A DNA stretch of 64,000 nt from Coriobacteriia bacterium (GCA_009784945.1 WQXH01000003.1:14773-78772), one strand, 5' to 3'. Counted from the first letter of the stretch, positions 31,699 through 41,420 are shown. Notes: generated by a model not told the origin, from the sequence alone. Made by a program: numbers and translations.

Positions 31699-33156
31699 CT
31701 AACCTAACCATGCTGCAGCTATAAAGCTGGAGACAAATACCATGATTATTAAAAGCACCAAGGTAAAAGACATTGACTTGGGGAGGGGAGTAGCAGATGC
31801 AACGACTTCTGAGGGCTCTCCCGGCAGTACGGAGCCTATCCACTTGACAAACCAGGCAAAGCAAACGACGGTCTCAACGAGCGCCACTACAACGATAGTC
31901 ATGAGGAGAAAGTCTCCTGCTGCTGCCTGAAAACTGCCAGAGAAAATAGCAAATTTACTGAAAAAGCCATTTAAAGGTGGCACGCCGGCAATAGCCAGTG
32001 CGCCTACCGCAAAGCCTACGCCCAACAAGGGCTGTTTCTTCAAAACTCCCTTAATGTGGGGCAACAGGCGTGTTCCTAACGTAAAGCTCAAGGCACCAGC
32101 CACTAAGAAGAAAAGCGTCTTGGCAAAGGCGTGATTGAATATATGCATGAGCGCGCCCTCAAAAGCGAGTGAACTGCCCAAGATGAAGAAGGCAAAACCT
32201 AAGAAAATGTATGACAACTGCGAGATGGTCGAGAAGGCCAAGAGGCGCTTGAGGTCGCGCTGAGGCAGATACATAAAAAAGCTGAAGAGCAGCGTTATAA
32301 CGGCTGCAATGGCAGCAACCCAGCCTATAATCTCGGGAATGGCACCAGCTTCTGTGAGCACGCGAGCAAATACGGCGACCCCCGCTTTGACCATGGACGC
32401 GCCATGTAGGTAGGCAGATACCGGCGTGGGTGCCTCCATTGCCGATGGCAGCCACATATAAAAGGGCAGCTGAGCACTCTTGGCCCAGGCAGCAAAGAGC
32501 ACGCACAGGAGCAGCACGGTCTTCCAGTGGTCATCAAGCAAGGCAATGGCACCTATGCCGAGGGAGCCGGTCTGAAAGAAGAGGATGCCAATGGCCAAAA
32601 AGAGGCCAAGTGTACCAACATGGGTGAGAATGAGCGCCTTGAGCGCAGCCCTGTTGGCCGTCTTGGTGCCGTAGTACCTGATAAGTGCCCAGGAGCAGGC
32701 ACCCGTTATCTCAAAAAACACCAGTTGGCCTACCAGGGTAGAGCTATATACCAGCCCTGCCATAGCGCCGATGAAGAGCGTAAAGAACACATAGAAGCTC
32801 CTGCGAGGGGCATCGGCGTGCTCGCGGTTTTTGCTACTGAGGTAGCCTATCGAGTACACCGTAATGATGAGTCCAATGACCACAAAGCAGCTTGCCAGCA
32901 TAACACTGATCTGGTCAAACACCAGACCTAGCACTTCGACTTTGCCAAGGCTTATAAGACCACTATGCACTCGCTCAGCCTCAATGCCCGCAAAGCCAAT
33001 CCACACGAGAGCAGTTGCGAAAAAGGAGAGCGAGCCGGCTCCCAAAGAAAGCCACTTTGCTGCCGCCTGCTTACAGACTATGATGAGTATGGCAGCCACA
33101 AAAGGCACCACCACAGAGGCAATTGCAAAGCCTGCTATGTCAAAACCAAACAGCAC
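31699..33156 (-). CDS. hyfD: Hydrogenase-4 membrane subunit D
   Basis: FEITGACSWAL, KSAQLPFYMWLPSAMEAPTPVSAYLHGASMVK. Confidence 0.92.
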   Translation of the reverse strand: MLFGFDIAGFAIASVVVPFVAAILIIVCKQAAAKWLSLGAGSLSFFATALVWIGFAGIEAERVHSGLISLGKVEVLGLVFDQISVMLASCFVVIGLIITVYSIGYLSSKNREHADAPRRSFYVFFTLFIGAMAGLVYSSTLVGQLVFFEITGACSWALIRYYGTKTANRAALKALILTHVGTLGLFLAIGILFFQTGSLGIGAIALLDDHWKTVLLLCVLFAAWAKSAQLPFYMWLPSAMEAPTPVSAYLHGASMVKAGVAVFARVLTEAGAIPEIIGWVAAIAAVITLLFSFFMYLPQRDLKRLLAFSTISQLSYIFLGFAFFILGSSLAFEGALMHIFNHAFAKTLFFLVAGALSFTLGTRLLPHIKGVLKKQPLLGVGFAVGALAIAGVPPLNGFFSKFAIFSGSFQAAAGDFLLMTIVVVALVETVVCFAWFVKWIGSVLPGEPSEVVASATPLPKSMSFTLVLLIIMVFVSSFIAAAWLG

Positions 33157-33187
33157 TAATATCTCTTAATTCGTTGCACAAAATCCA

Positions 33188-33218
33188 TGAGTATACTATA
33201 GCCAGTTACGAGGCTTGC
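33188..33218 (-). promoter_or_regulatory. Putative promoter upstream of hyfD, duplicate of the fdhF upstream sequence
   Basis: Minus strand gcaagc-N7-ctggctatagTATACTca; 18-bp identity with 44209-44226. Confidence 0.6.
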
Positions 33219-33234
33219 AGCAGCGATAATTCAA

Positions 33235-33321
33235 CGTTACTCCCCAGGCGGTAGGCGTTACTTGTCTGCTCCGCTGTATAAGGCATGAATACCGACCGTT
33301 ACTCCCCAGGCGGTAGGCGTT
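33235..33321. repeat. Two exact 25-bp direct repeats separated by 37 bp
   Basis: cgttactccccaggcggtaggcgtt at 33235 and 33297. Confidence 0.85.
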
Positions 33322-33339
33322 GACTGGTCAGACTCTACT

Positions 33340-33412
33340 TCATTGCGAGCCTTGGCGAAGCAATCCAGTCAACGCTCAACAGTCTGGATTGCTTCGCTAC
33401 GCTCGCAATGAC
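33340..33412. repeat. GTCATTGCGAG-type palindromic element
   Basis: tcattgcgagc...gcgaagcaatccag...ctggattgcttcgc...gctcgcaatgac. Confidence 0.85.
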
Positions 33413-33466
33413 AGTGAGTGTGACCTGTGACCGGTAGGTAACTGCAGAGTGCCACAGATACTACAA

Positions 33467-33626
33467 GTGCACTGTGTCAGCTAAAAGCAGCTTTATGGGT
33501 GAGGGTTTTCTTCGTTAGGCAAGGCGGGGTTATGTGGCACTACTTGCGGTAATGCCGCATAATCCTCGCGCAGCATAACGGGGAGAAGACCAGCCAGAAA
33601 GCCGCTTTTTAGCTTACACAGTGCAC
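33467..33626. mobile_element. MITE-like element with GTGCACTGTGTCAGCTAAAA-type terminal inverted repeats
   Basis: Left gtgcactgtgtcagctaaaagc, right gctttttagcttacacagtgcac, internal long hairpin; ends shared with 60066-60312. Confidence 0.7.
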
Positions 33627-33730
33627 AAGCTCTCTTAATCTAGTTTTACGCAAAGTGTGACGCAGTGCAATTAGCTCGTATAGCTCATAGAGATTCGTGC
33701 TGTGATAGAGCGTGTCACAATTTCGGGGGG

Positions 33731-33854
33731 TTTTGCCAAAAAAAACAGCTTATGAACGATATTTTCCCTAAAAAACTAAGGATAAAGGAAATGCAGCCGC
33801 ATTTCGGGGTCATTATTCCAAATATTCGTTCATAACCTGTATTTTTTGGCAAAA
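33731..33854. repeat. Long AT-rich imperfect inverted repeat (arms about 33 bp)
   Basis: ttttgccaaaaaaaacagcttatgaacgatatt / aatattcgttcataacctgtattttttggcaaaa; inner gaaatgc-agcc-gcatttc. Confidence 0.85.
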
Positions 33855-33952
33855 TTTGAGTAGTTTCTGCCTTGCGTGAAATCAACTAAGTTAGCTGCCT
33901 TTGATTTACTGCCTCTGACAACACATCTGGCAACACATCAAATGATGCATGC

Positions 33953-34417
33953 TTATATTGCTGCATCTAGCTCTGCTAAATAGGGAGCGGTTAGCTCAGG
34001 GTTAACAGCCTTAAGCAATAAAAGTGCAGCGCGAAGACTGTCGTGAAAAATAAGCTCAGGCAGTGCGTTGTAGAACATAATAGGCGCAAACTCCTTAAAC
34101 TGCTCCATGTTGCCCGCAATTATTGCAGCAATTATTTCTGGTGCAGACCAGTCTATGTTGCCGCCCTCCTCATTCATTCCCCAGATATGCCTGCGTATGG
34201 TTTCGGTGAAGAACAAAGGATTCGCTTGCGCGCGCTCCTTTGAAAGCATTACAAAGGCTTTGATAGCATTGGCATGCAATTGAGTGTCGGGAGCATAGGT
34301 TAGTTGCGTAAGCAAACGACGCACCGAGAAGGGATCTTCATCAAACAAGCTCAAGACTGAGCTATAGTCTTCCTCAAGTATCAAGTAATTGAAGTCATCT
34401 TTAGTAATCATCAGCAC
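33953..34417 (-). CDS. Helical HEAT-like hypothetical protein (DVU0298-like)
   Basis: IRRHIWGMNEEGGNIDWSAPEII motif. Confidence 0.65.
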   Translation of the reverse strand: MLMITKDDFNYLILEEDYSSVLSLFDEDPFSVRRLLTQLTYAPDTQLHANAIKAFVMLSKERAQANPLFFTETIRRHIWGMNEEGGNIDWSAPEIIAAIIAGNMEQFKEFAPIMFYNALPELIFHDSLRAALLLLKAVNPELTAPYLAELDAAI

Positions 34418-34680
34418 ACACGCAGTTTACCGTTTCGGTGTCTCTTGTTTGTACTACTAGTCTGATCAACTTTACTCCAGGGTTGATAGCAATCCTTCAT
34501 GCATGCTTGCAAGGCGTTACTACATGCACCAGAGAGATGAGCAAACTGTTTAAACTGTAACACATATTGCTGGGACGGTGCTGCCAACTCCCTTTATTAG
34601 ACGAAGCGCAATTGAGCATATGCTAGAATACGGGCAGCTACAAAGAAAATGATCAGGCGGGTTGATTGAAAGGAATGGTC

Positions 34681-35151
34681 ATGAGGCATTACAGGAAACT
34701 ACTATCGATAGTGGGGGTAGCTACCTTAATCATGGCTTTAGCTTTGGCGGTGCCAGCATTTGCTGAAAGCCAAATGCCAGGAAAGGTGGGATTTAACTAT
34801 TCGCAGCGGTTTCAGGTGTGTCCAATGAGCTCTGGAACAAACTACGTTGACGCAGATGGCGACGGTACATGCGGTGCTTTTGCTAATGGAGAGTGCGCTA
34901 GGCCTTTGAGCTGTCAGAATTCAGGTCAGGGCACGGCTCAAGAACAAGAACAAGGACAAGGGCAAGGACAAGGACTCGGACAAGGACAAGGACTCGGACA
35001 AGGACTCGGACAAGGACAAGGACAAGGACTCGGCTTGTGGCAAGGTTTATGTCAAGGCGCTTGGTACATTGATGCTAATAATGACGGTGTTTGTGACAAT
35101 TACGGTAGCGGCCGTGGGGGGTCAAGGTGCCAGGGGGCACAAACTAGATAA
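34681..35151 (+). CDS. Secreted Cys-containing protein with two DxDxDG-like loops and a Gly-Gln repeat
   Basis: Signal peptide ending AFA; YVDADGDGTC and YIDANNDGVCD; repeated GQGQGL. Confidence 0.75.
   Translation: MRHYRKLLSIVGVATLIMALALAVPAFAESQMPGKVGFNYSQRFQVCPMSSGTNYVDADGDGTCGAFANGECARPLSCQNSGQGTAQEQEQGQGQGQGLGQGQGLGQGLGQGQGQGLGLWQGLCQGAWYIDANNDGVCDNYGSGRGGSRCQGAQTR
34941..35033 (+). repeat. Hexamer tandem repeat (ggacaa/ggactc) in coding sequence
   Basis: gaacaagaacaaggacaagggcaaggacaaggactcggacaa... Confidence 0.9.
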
Positions 35152-35312
35152 CCATTTGGGCAGAAGATGATATCTCCCTAATGACGCCTCGCAGCAGTTT
35201 TTGGGCGCTCTGGTGTTGGCTATTGTGTCATTCGCCGACTCAACCGACACTTTCGTGCTTGTACAAATCATAATAGAAACACTTAGGCAGACTATTTGAA
35301 GCGAGGAAAATT

Positions 35313-36515
35313 GTGAATGTGATTCTTGATAATGTGTATTGCGTTGGCACACTCAATCCTAATTTGCGCATATTTGACATAGAGATGTGCACCGAGCATG
35401 GCACTTCGTATAACTCCTACTTGGTGTGTGGAACAAATGAAACAGCAATCATTGATGCTAATCACGAAGCATTTGCGGGTGAATGGCTTGCTGGTATTGA
35501 GGGAGTGCTCAACGGCAAAGAGCCCTCATACCTTATTCTCAATCATACCGAGCCCGACCACAGCAGTTCTTTGGATGCCTGCCTTGCGCAATACCCCAGC
35601 ATTACTGTTGTATGCAGTGCCTCTGCGGCAATCAACATTAAAAACATTACCAACAGGCAAGACCTTGCCATACAGGTGGTTAAGAATGGCGATTCGATAG
35701 ACTTGGGTGGCTTGACCCTGGAGTTTTACAGTGCGCCCTTCCTGCACTGGCCAGACTCAATGTTTACTTGGCTTCCCGAGCATCAGATTGCCTTTACCTG
35801 CGATTTTTTGGGAACCCACTACTGTGAGCCACGAATCTTTGACCGCACGCTTTCGTATCACGATGCATTCATGACTTCTTTTGAAGCGTATTACCAGGCC
35901 ATCATGAGCCCCTTTGCTCCCTGGGTGCGCAAAGGTCTTGCCATTCTTGATGACCTTGAGCCCAAGATAGTGGCAACAAGCCATGGCCCTGTTCTCACCA
36001 AAGGCTCCTCCCTTGAAAAGTGTATCGACCTTTATCGAGAGTGGTCTGTCGAGCAGCCAAGCAGTCCTGAGAGGATAGCACTCTTTTATTGCAGCGCCTA
36101 TGGCTACACCCAAGCACTCGCAGAGCATATCGCCGTGGGCATTTCTACCGCCTTGCCAGAGGCCAAGGTATCTCTCTATGATTTGGTTGGGGCTAACCTG
36201 GCTCATTTGGGCACAGAGCTTAATAGATCCACTGCCTTTTTGATTGGCTCACCCACTGTTAACAAGGCAGCCCTGCCCACTGTGTGGAACTTGCTTGCTC
36301 ATATAGATGCCATAAATATTGTCAAGCGCCCCGTGGCACTCTTTGGTTCATATGGTTGGAGTGGCGAGGCGCTCCCTCAGCTTGCTGCCCACCTCACTAC
36401 CCTCAAAGCCAAGGTGTTTGACACGCAGCTGAGCGTTAGGTTTGCGCCTTCGGAAGCTGATTTGGCAGCCGCGGAGGAATTTGGCAAAGAGTTTGCCCTG
36501 AGCCTCTTAGCCTAA
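35313..36515 (+). CDS. fprA: Flavodiiron protein (FprA/type A flavoprotein)
   Basis: GTSYNSYL, NHTEPDHS, LHWPDSM, C-terminal flavodoxin domain with FGSYGWSGEA. Confidence 0.93.
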   Translation: MNVILDNVYCVGTLNPNLRIFDIEMCTEHGTSYNSYLVCGTNETAIIDANHEAFAGEWLAGIEGVLNGKEPSYLILNHTEPDHSSSLDACLAQYPSITVVCSASAAINIKNITNRQDLAIQVVKNGDSIDLGGLTLEFYSAPFLHWPDSMFTWLPEHQIAFTCDFLGTHYCEPRIFDRTLSYHDAFMTSFEAYYQAIMSPFAPWVRKGLAILDDLEPKIVATSHGPVLTKGSSLEKCIDLYREWSVEQPSSPERIALFYCSAYGYTQALAEHIAVGISTALPEAKVSLYDLVGANLAHLGTELNRSTAFLIGSPTVNKAALPTVWNLLAHIDAINIVKRPVALFGSYGWSGEALPQLAAHLTTLKAKVFDTQLSVRFAPSEADLAAAEEFGKEFALSLLA

Positions 36516-36541
36516 CCATCGGCAATGCACACGCCAGGGGT

Positions 36542-37465
36542 TTAATAGCCTCGGGCTTTGAGGTCAGCAACCAGGGCAATGTAAAAGTCTACAATGTCGT
36601 TATGCTCAAGAGGAATGCCAGAAGGCCCTGCCTTTGCAGCAGAAGCTTCATGCTTCTGCGACTCAGAAGCATCAGGCGGCAGGTTAACGGTGTAGGGGTT
36701 TTGAGTTACATCAACAAGCCTCATATGCGACACACCACTGCCAACCAGAGCAGAAAACTCCCCTTGATAATGATCATATCCAGCTGAGCTCACTGCCACG
36801 AAGCCATCATTGGGACCTTCGAGAAGCGAGACAAAAGGATTGGTGAAAATGCTGATTGGGTCGCCCAGAGAATCGCGCACAGTGCCGGCAAATTGCTGAC
36901 TATATACAGGCGAAATATTTGGCTGATCGGCATTAAACTGTTGCATATGTGTAGCAGTGAGGTATTTACAGGTGGTTATAACGTCGGGATTCTCATCTCC
37001 AGCTAATCGATAGAGATTGTTTGTTACAAAGGCAAAGGGGTAAAACAGTGGCCAGAAGGTGTAGAACAGCATTTCCAAGGTCAGCGAGCCATGATGCGGA
37101 GTGGCAATGGTGGTGAGAGATGCAATGGGCATATCGATTGAAAGATCTTCCTTCAAGAGCTCAATCAGGTAGCGCGAGTCCAAACCACCCTTTGAATGAG
37201 CGATAATATTGACCTTGGTGGCGCCACTTTCTTCAAGGATTACCGGCAGACGCTCCATGAGCTGCACGGCATTGTTAAGCGGCGTGCCCCAGGCATCGGC
37301 CTCTCCAAAGTAGACCTGCGCCCCTTGCTCGCGCAAGGCATCGGGAATGCGCCCCCAGATTCTGTTTGATTTTCCATCGCGCAAAGCTACTCCGTGTACA
37401 AACAAAAGGGGGTAGCGAGTTGCACAGCTTTGTCCTTTGCTCGTTGTTTGCTCTGTGTCCATCAT
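36542..37465 (-). CDS. Alpha/beta-hydrolase, lipase-like
   Basis: LFVHG, AHSKGG nucleophile elbow, TPHHGS, NDGFV. Confidence 0.88.
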   Translation of the reverse strand: MMDTEQTTSKGQSCATRYPLLFVHGVALRDGKSNRIWGRIPDALREQGAQVYFGEADAWGTPLNNAVQLMERLPVILEESGATKVNIIAHSKGGLDSRYLIELLKEDLSIDMPIASLTTIATPHHGSLTLEMLFYTFWPLFYPFAFVTNNLYRLAGDENPDVITTCKYLTATHMQQFNADQPNISPVYSQQFAGTVRDSLGDPISIFTNPFVSLLEGPNDGFVAVSSAGYDHYQGEFSALVGSGVSHMRLVDVTQNPYTVNLPPDASESQKHEASAAKAGPSGIPLEHNDIVDFYIALVADLKARGY

Positions 37466-37522
37466 TCAGTCCGTTCTTTTAGCGATTAGGTAGTCGTAGA
37501 CCAGGGTACACCTGTTATCCAG

Positions 37523-38161
37523 CTATAACTCCCATTCGTATACGTATTCCATTTGGTTGTACTTTACCCCAAAAATCTCAAACTTGTAGGGGTACTCAAC
37601 AGCGCGTTTCCATCCCAGGTGGTCATAAATCTGGTAATTGCAGCTGTCGTCGGTATCGAGGCAAATCAGAGAGCAGCCCTGAGACTTACACCAGGCAAGC
37701 CCACGCTCAAGTAACGCTTGGCCAATTTTGCGCCCGTGGTGGCTCGTATCAAGTAGCAGCAAGGTGACCTCACCGTCATAGGGAGCCACGCGGTGCTCTT
37801 TGACCAGCTCCCAATGCTTTCTGAATTCTTGTTCCAGCTTGCTCAGGTTCCGAGAGAGTTCGCTCCCAAAGGCCTTTCCTGCTTCAAGCGCCTCTGCAAT
37901 GCGCGTCTCATGCTGTTGTTGGAGATGCGTAGCGAGGGTTTCTAGTCCGCGCACCCCCACAACACCCACTATCCTGTCTTCATCCTCATCTATGGCCACA
38001 ATTGCATGAGTTGTCTCCATAAAGAGCAGGCTCGTGTCGATAACAGCCGCAAGCTTCTTGACCTCTTCAGACGAGATTTGAGTAAGCTCAGTAAACCAAA
38101 CTTGATACACCAGCTCGACAACATCATCAAAATCTGCCTCAGTCATGTTCCTGTATAGCAT
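37523..38161 (-). CDS. GNAT family N-acetyltransferase
   Basis: HGRKIGQALL, TDDSCNYQIYDHLGW; RBS aaggag. Confidence 0.85.
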   Translation of the reverse strand: MLYRNMTEADFDDVVELVYQVWFTELTQISSEEVKKLAAVIDTSLLFMETTHAIVAIDEDEDRIVGVVGVRGLETLATHLQQQHETRIAEALEAGKAFGSELSRNLSKLEQEFRKHWELVKEHRVAPYDGEVTLLLLDTSHHGRKIGQALLERGLAWCKSQGCSLICLDTDDSCNYQIYDHLGWKRAVEYPYKFEIFGVKYNQMEYVYEWEL

Positions 38162-38271
38162 GCTTTCTCCTTTGTCTGCCTCTCTTTTGCTCAATGACCC
38201 ATAGACTATCACACATAGCTTAGTGGCAAAAGGCGTGAGGCATCTGGAGCAAGTTACTTGTGTAACTGCGG

Positions 38272-38389
38272 GTCACTGCTCACACTCTGTCCGTCATTGC
38301 GGCCTCCGAGCCGCAATCTTGCCAACATGAATTATTGATTCCGGGTCAAGCCAGGAATGACGATGTATAGACTGAGCTGTAAGAGCGAC
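38272..38389. repeat. GTCATTGCGG-type palindromic element (copy A)
   Basis: First 104 bp match 50676-50779 with 5 mismatches; core also at 60200-60268. Confidence 0.9.
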
Positions 38390-38457
38390 GGTAGCTTCCC
38401 GAGAGAGATTTCTCATCATGGCCATAGTTAATAGTAACGCTACCCGTAAAGGCAGAA

Positions 38458-39384
38458 CTACACTCCCAGTATGCTCAAAACAAGTGCCATGGCAGCTATG
38501 CCTACGACTGCCCAGGTTTGGTGGCCGAGAAGGCTCAGGCGCACGCGAGCCACGACATTCTCGATAATCGTACAGACAAAGAAAAGTCCGGCCATTTTGA
38601 GCAGGTAGACTCCCAGGCCCAGTGCAAGTGCTGGCAAGGAGAGCTCCAAGGCACTGCCAAAGGGCACAAAGATGGCTACAAACCAGCTCAGTACGATGAT
38701 CTGTTTCATAGACATGCTCATCTTGACCAGCGCAAGCGAAGGGCCCGAGTACTCGGAAAGAGGACCGTCTTGTAGCTCTTGCTCTGCCTCAGCAAGGTCA
38801 AAGGGCAGTTTGCCGAGCTCAATGTAGCAGGCGCAAGCAAAGGCAACGCCTGCAAGTGCTACTGCCACGGGAGTCTCAGTGGCAAACGAGCCTATGGCCA
38901 TGCCCATTTCTCCCATATTGGTAGAGCCGGTGGCGAGGATGGTTACAAAGAGCGCGAGCATCATGGCAGGCTCTACTAAGACTCCGAGCAGGAGCTCGCG
39001 AATACCGCCTACTCCTGCATAAGACGAGCCTGAATCAATAGCTGCAAGTGCAAAGAAGAAGCGGGGCAATACCAGCAGGTATAACAGCAAAATGACATCG
39101 GCAAGCACGGTAACAGGAGAGAAGCGCGTTATCACCGGCACGCCCATAAAGATGAGCATCATGGTGCCAAAGAAGAGGGCAGGCATGAGTTTGTGTATGA
39201 AGCTCGAATCTCGGGTATGCAGGTCTTGACGCTTGAAGAGCTTGATGATGTCGTAGTAGTCTTGCAGGATAGGCGGGCCTTTGCGGGTTTGGAACTTGGC
39301 ACGCATCCAGCGGGCACTGCCCGAAACGAGGGGGGCAGCCAGCAGGGCAAGCGCAGCCTGTAAGCAGGCAAGGAGGATGAGCAT
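38458..39384 (-). CDS. hyfC: FHL membrane subunit HyfC/HycD (NuoH-like)
   Basis: RKGPPILQDYYD, GKLPFDLAEAEQELQDGPLSEYSG. Confidence 0.94.
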   Translation of the reverse strand: MLILLACLQAALALLAAPLVSGSARWMRAKFQTRKGPPILQDYYDIIKLFKRQDLHTRDSSFIHKLMPALFFGTMMLIFMGVPVITRFSPVTVLADVILLLYLLVLPRFFFALAAIDSGSSYAGVGGIRELLLGVLVEPAMMLALFVTILATGSTNMGEMGMAIGSFATETPVAVALAGVAFACACYIELGKLPFDLAEAEQELQDGPLSEYSGPSLALVKMSMSMKQIIVLSWFVAIFVPFGSALELSLPALALGLGVYLLKMAGLFFVCTIIENVVARVRLSLLGHQTWAVVGIAAMALVLSILGV

Positions 39385-41420
39385 TAGAGCGCACCTCCTA
39401 CTCCAACCAGGGCGGTTATGATGAGCAACACGATAAGCGCAAGAATAATGTAGGTGAGATAAACCCTCACGTTGCCACCCTCGATGGCCTGCGCCTTACG
39501 CCCCAGCCAGGTGGTAAAGTTGGTAACGGAGTCAACGAGGTAGCGATCGGGCAAAGGCTCGATTTTCTCAGCACTTTTCACGGTACTTTTGAAGAGGCGA
39601 TGAAACGTGCTCTGCTGCGCAGCGAGGAAGGCCTGCACAACGTAAACAGGCTTCAAGAACATATGAGCCGGCGCAGCAAAGCTGGCGGCTATCATGGGCA
39701 TTTCTGTGTTTGGCACATAACCACAGGCCCAGGGCTCCTTGGTTGAATCGGTGGCCTGCCTACCCCTGGCAAGCACAGCGCGCAACAGAAAGGGGAGTGC
39801 CACCAAAGCAACGATAAGTACTGCTACCAAAGGCGTAGAGATTGCTCCGCCCACGTCTGGGTTTACCAGGGTCATGCCCGCCGCCGCCTCTATGCCGGGT
39901 GCTATGAGCACCGAGGCAGCGATACCTTCTACAACCGGCACCACCCAAGGCGCGCCCACTCCCATACAAACGCAGCAGACTGCAAGAAGGACAAGGGGAA
40001 GCTTCATACTCAAGGGAACCTCGGTGGCCTTAAAGGCAGCCTCCGAGCGAGCGGTGCCCAAAAAGCTCACCCCAAAAGCCTTAACAAAGCAGAGCACTGC
40101 AAGTCCGCCGGTTATCGCAAGGGCAACTAAGGCAAAGGCTGCAACAGCCTTGATAATACCACTGCTTGCCAAGGCTGCGCTGATGAGCGACTGGAAGGTA
40201 AACCACTCAGATGCAAAGCCATTGAGTGGCGGCACGGCTGCTATGGCAAGCGATCCTATCAAGAAGCAAAAGGCTGTGAGGGGCATGGTGCGCACCAGGC
40301 CGCCCAGCTTGCCCATGTCTCTTGTGTGAGTACGGTGTATGACGGCTCCAGTACCCAAGAAGAGCAGGCCTTTAAAGAGCGCGTGATTGACGAGGTGGAA
40401 GAGGGCAGCAAGCAGTCCCAGGGTAGCAATGACGGGCATTTGAAGTGCCACGCCCACAAAGGTGATGCCCACTCCCATGAAGATAATGCCGATGTTTTCG
40501 ACCGAGCAGTAGGCGAGCAAGCGTTTAATATCACTTTCTGCCAGGGCATAGGCAATGCCAAGCACCGCAGAACATGCTCCCATAATCAGCACGATGATGC
40601 CCCACCAAAGCTCAACACCAGACCCAGCCAGCAACTCGAGCCCCACCTTGAGGATACCAAAGATGCCAATCTTGATCATGGCGCCTGACATAAGAGCAGA
40701 CACATGAGAGGGTGCCGCCGGATGCGCCTTGGGTAGCCAGGAATGCAGGGGTACCATACCCGCTTTGATGCCAAAGCCCAAGAAACAAAGTACAAAGACG
40801 AGGGAGGCAGCTGACTTACCAAAGTCTGTCTCTCTAAAGCTTGCAAAGTCAAAACTGCCAGTAAATGTTGACATAACAAAGAAGGCAATCATGATGAGGA
40901 AGAATCCCACATGAGCCATGATGAGGTAAAGAAAGCCCGCTTTGATTGATGCCTTCTTCTGATCAAAGATAACCAAGAAGTAGGAGGCAAGCGACATAAT
41001 TTCAAAGAAGATAAGGAACCAAAACACGTTATCGGCTGCTACTACCAGGTTCATGGAGGCTATAAAGAGGTTCATGAAAAGCCCCAGCACGCCAATGCCC
41101 TTGCCTGTGTATTCCCTGAGGTAGCCAATGCCGTAAAGCCAGGCTACCAAGGCAAGCAGATTGATGACCACTATCAAAAGCCCTGAGAGGGGGTTAATGA
41201 GCAGGCTGAGTGAGGCAAAGGAAAAGGGTGTGGCAAAGCTGAGGGTATCAGGCAGTCCAAAGATGCCCAAGAAGCCAGCTCCCAGGGCGAGTAGCGCTGC
41301 AGAGGCACCAAAGAGCGTAGCGGTGAACTTGGCAGCAGTTTCAAAGCGTCTGAGTACGAGAGAGCTAAAAGCCCCTGCGAGCGAAAGCGCTATCGAAAAG
41401 AGCAGGAGTTCCATAGTCAT
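39384..41420 (-). CDS. hyfB: Hydrogenase-4 membrane subunit B
   Basis: FEIMSLASY, GIKAGMVPLHSWLPKAHPAAPSHVSALMSG, PWACGY; ATG 41420 overlaps the hyfA stop. Confidence 0.94.
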   Translation of the reverse strand: MTMELLLFSIALSLAGAFSSLVLRRFETAAKFTATLFGASAALLALGAGFLGIFGLPDTLSFATPFSFASLSLLINPLSGLLIVVINLLALVAWLYGIGYLREYTGKGIGVLGLFMNLFIASMNLVVAADNVFWFLIFFEIMSLASYFLVIFDQKKASIKAGFLYLIMAHVGFFLIMIAFFVMSTFTGSFDFASFRETDFGKSAASLVFVLCFLGFGIKAGMVPLHSWLPKAHPAAPSHVSALMSGAMIKIGIFGILKVGLELLAGSGVELWWGIIVLIMGACSAVLGIAYALAESDIKRLLAYCSVENIGIIFMGVGITFVGVALQMPVIATLGLLAALFHLVNHALFKGLLFLGTGAVIHRTHTRDMGKLGGLVRTMPLTAFCFLIGSLAIAAVPPLNGFASEWFTFQSLISAALASSGIIKAVAAFALVALAITGGLAVLCFVKAFGVSFLGTARSEAAFKATEVPLSMKLPLVLLAVCCVCMGVGAPWVVPVVEGIAASVLIAPGIEAAAGMTLVNPDVGGAISTPLVAVLIVALVALPFLLRAVLARGRQATDSTKEPWACGYVPNTEMPMIAASFAAPAHMFLKPVYVVQAFLAAQQSTFHRLFKSTVKSAEKIEPLPDRYLVDSVTNFTTWLGRKAQAIEGGNVRVYLTYIILALIVLLIITALVGVGGAL

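Noticed and set aside
33239-33253. Reverse complement ACCGCCTGGGGAGTA matches a conserved 16S rRNA segment
   Set aside because: Only 15 nt with no flanking rRNA similarity, and embedded in a repeat; compatible with chance.
33157-38457. Prophage or integrative element
   Set aside because: No integrase, transposase, phage gene or clear att pair.
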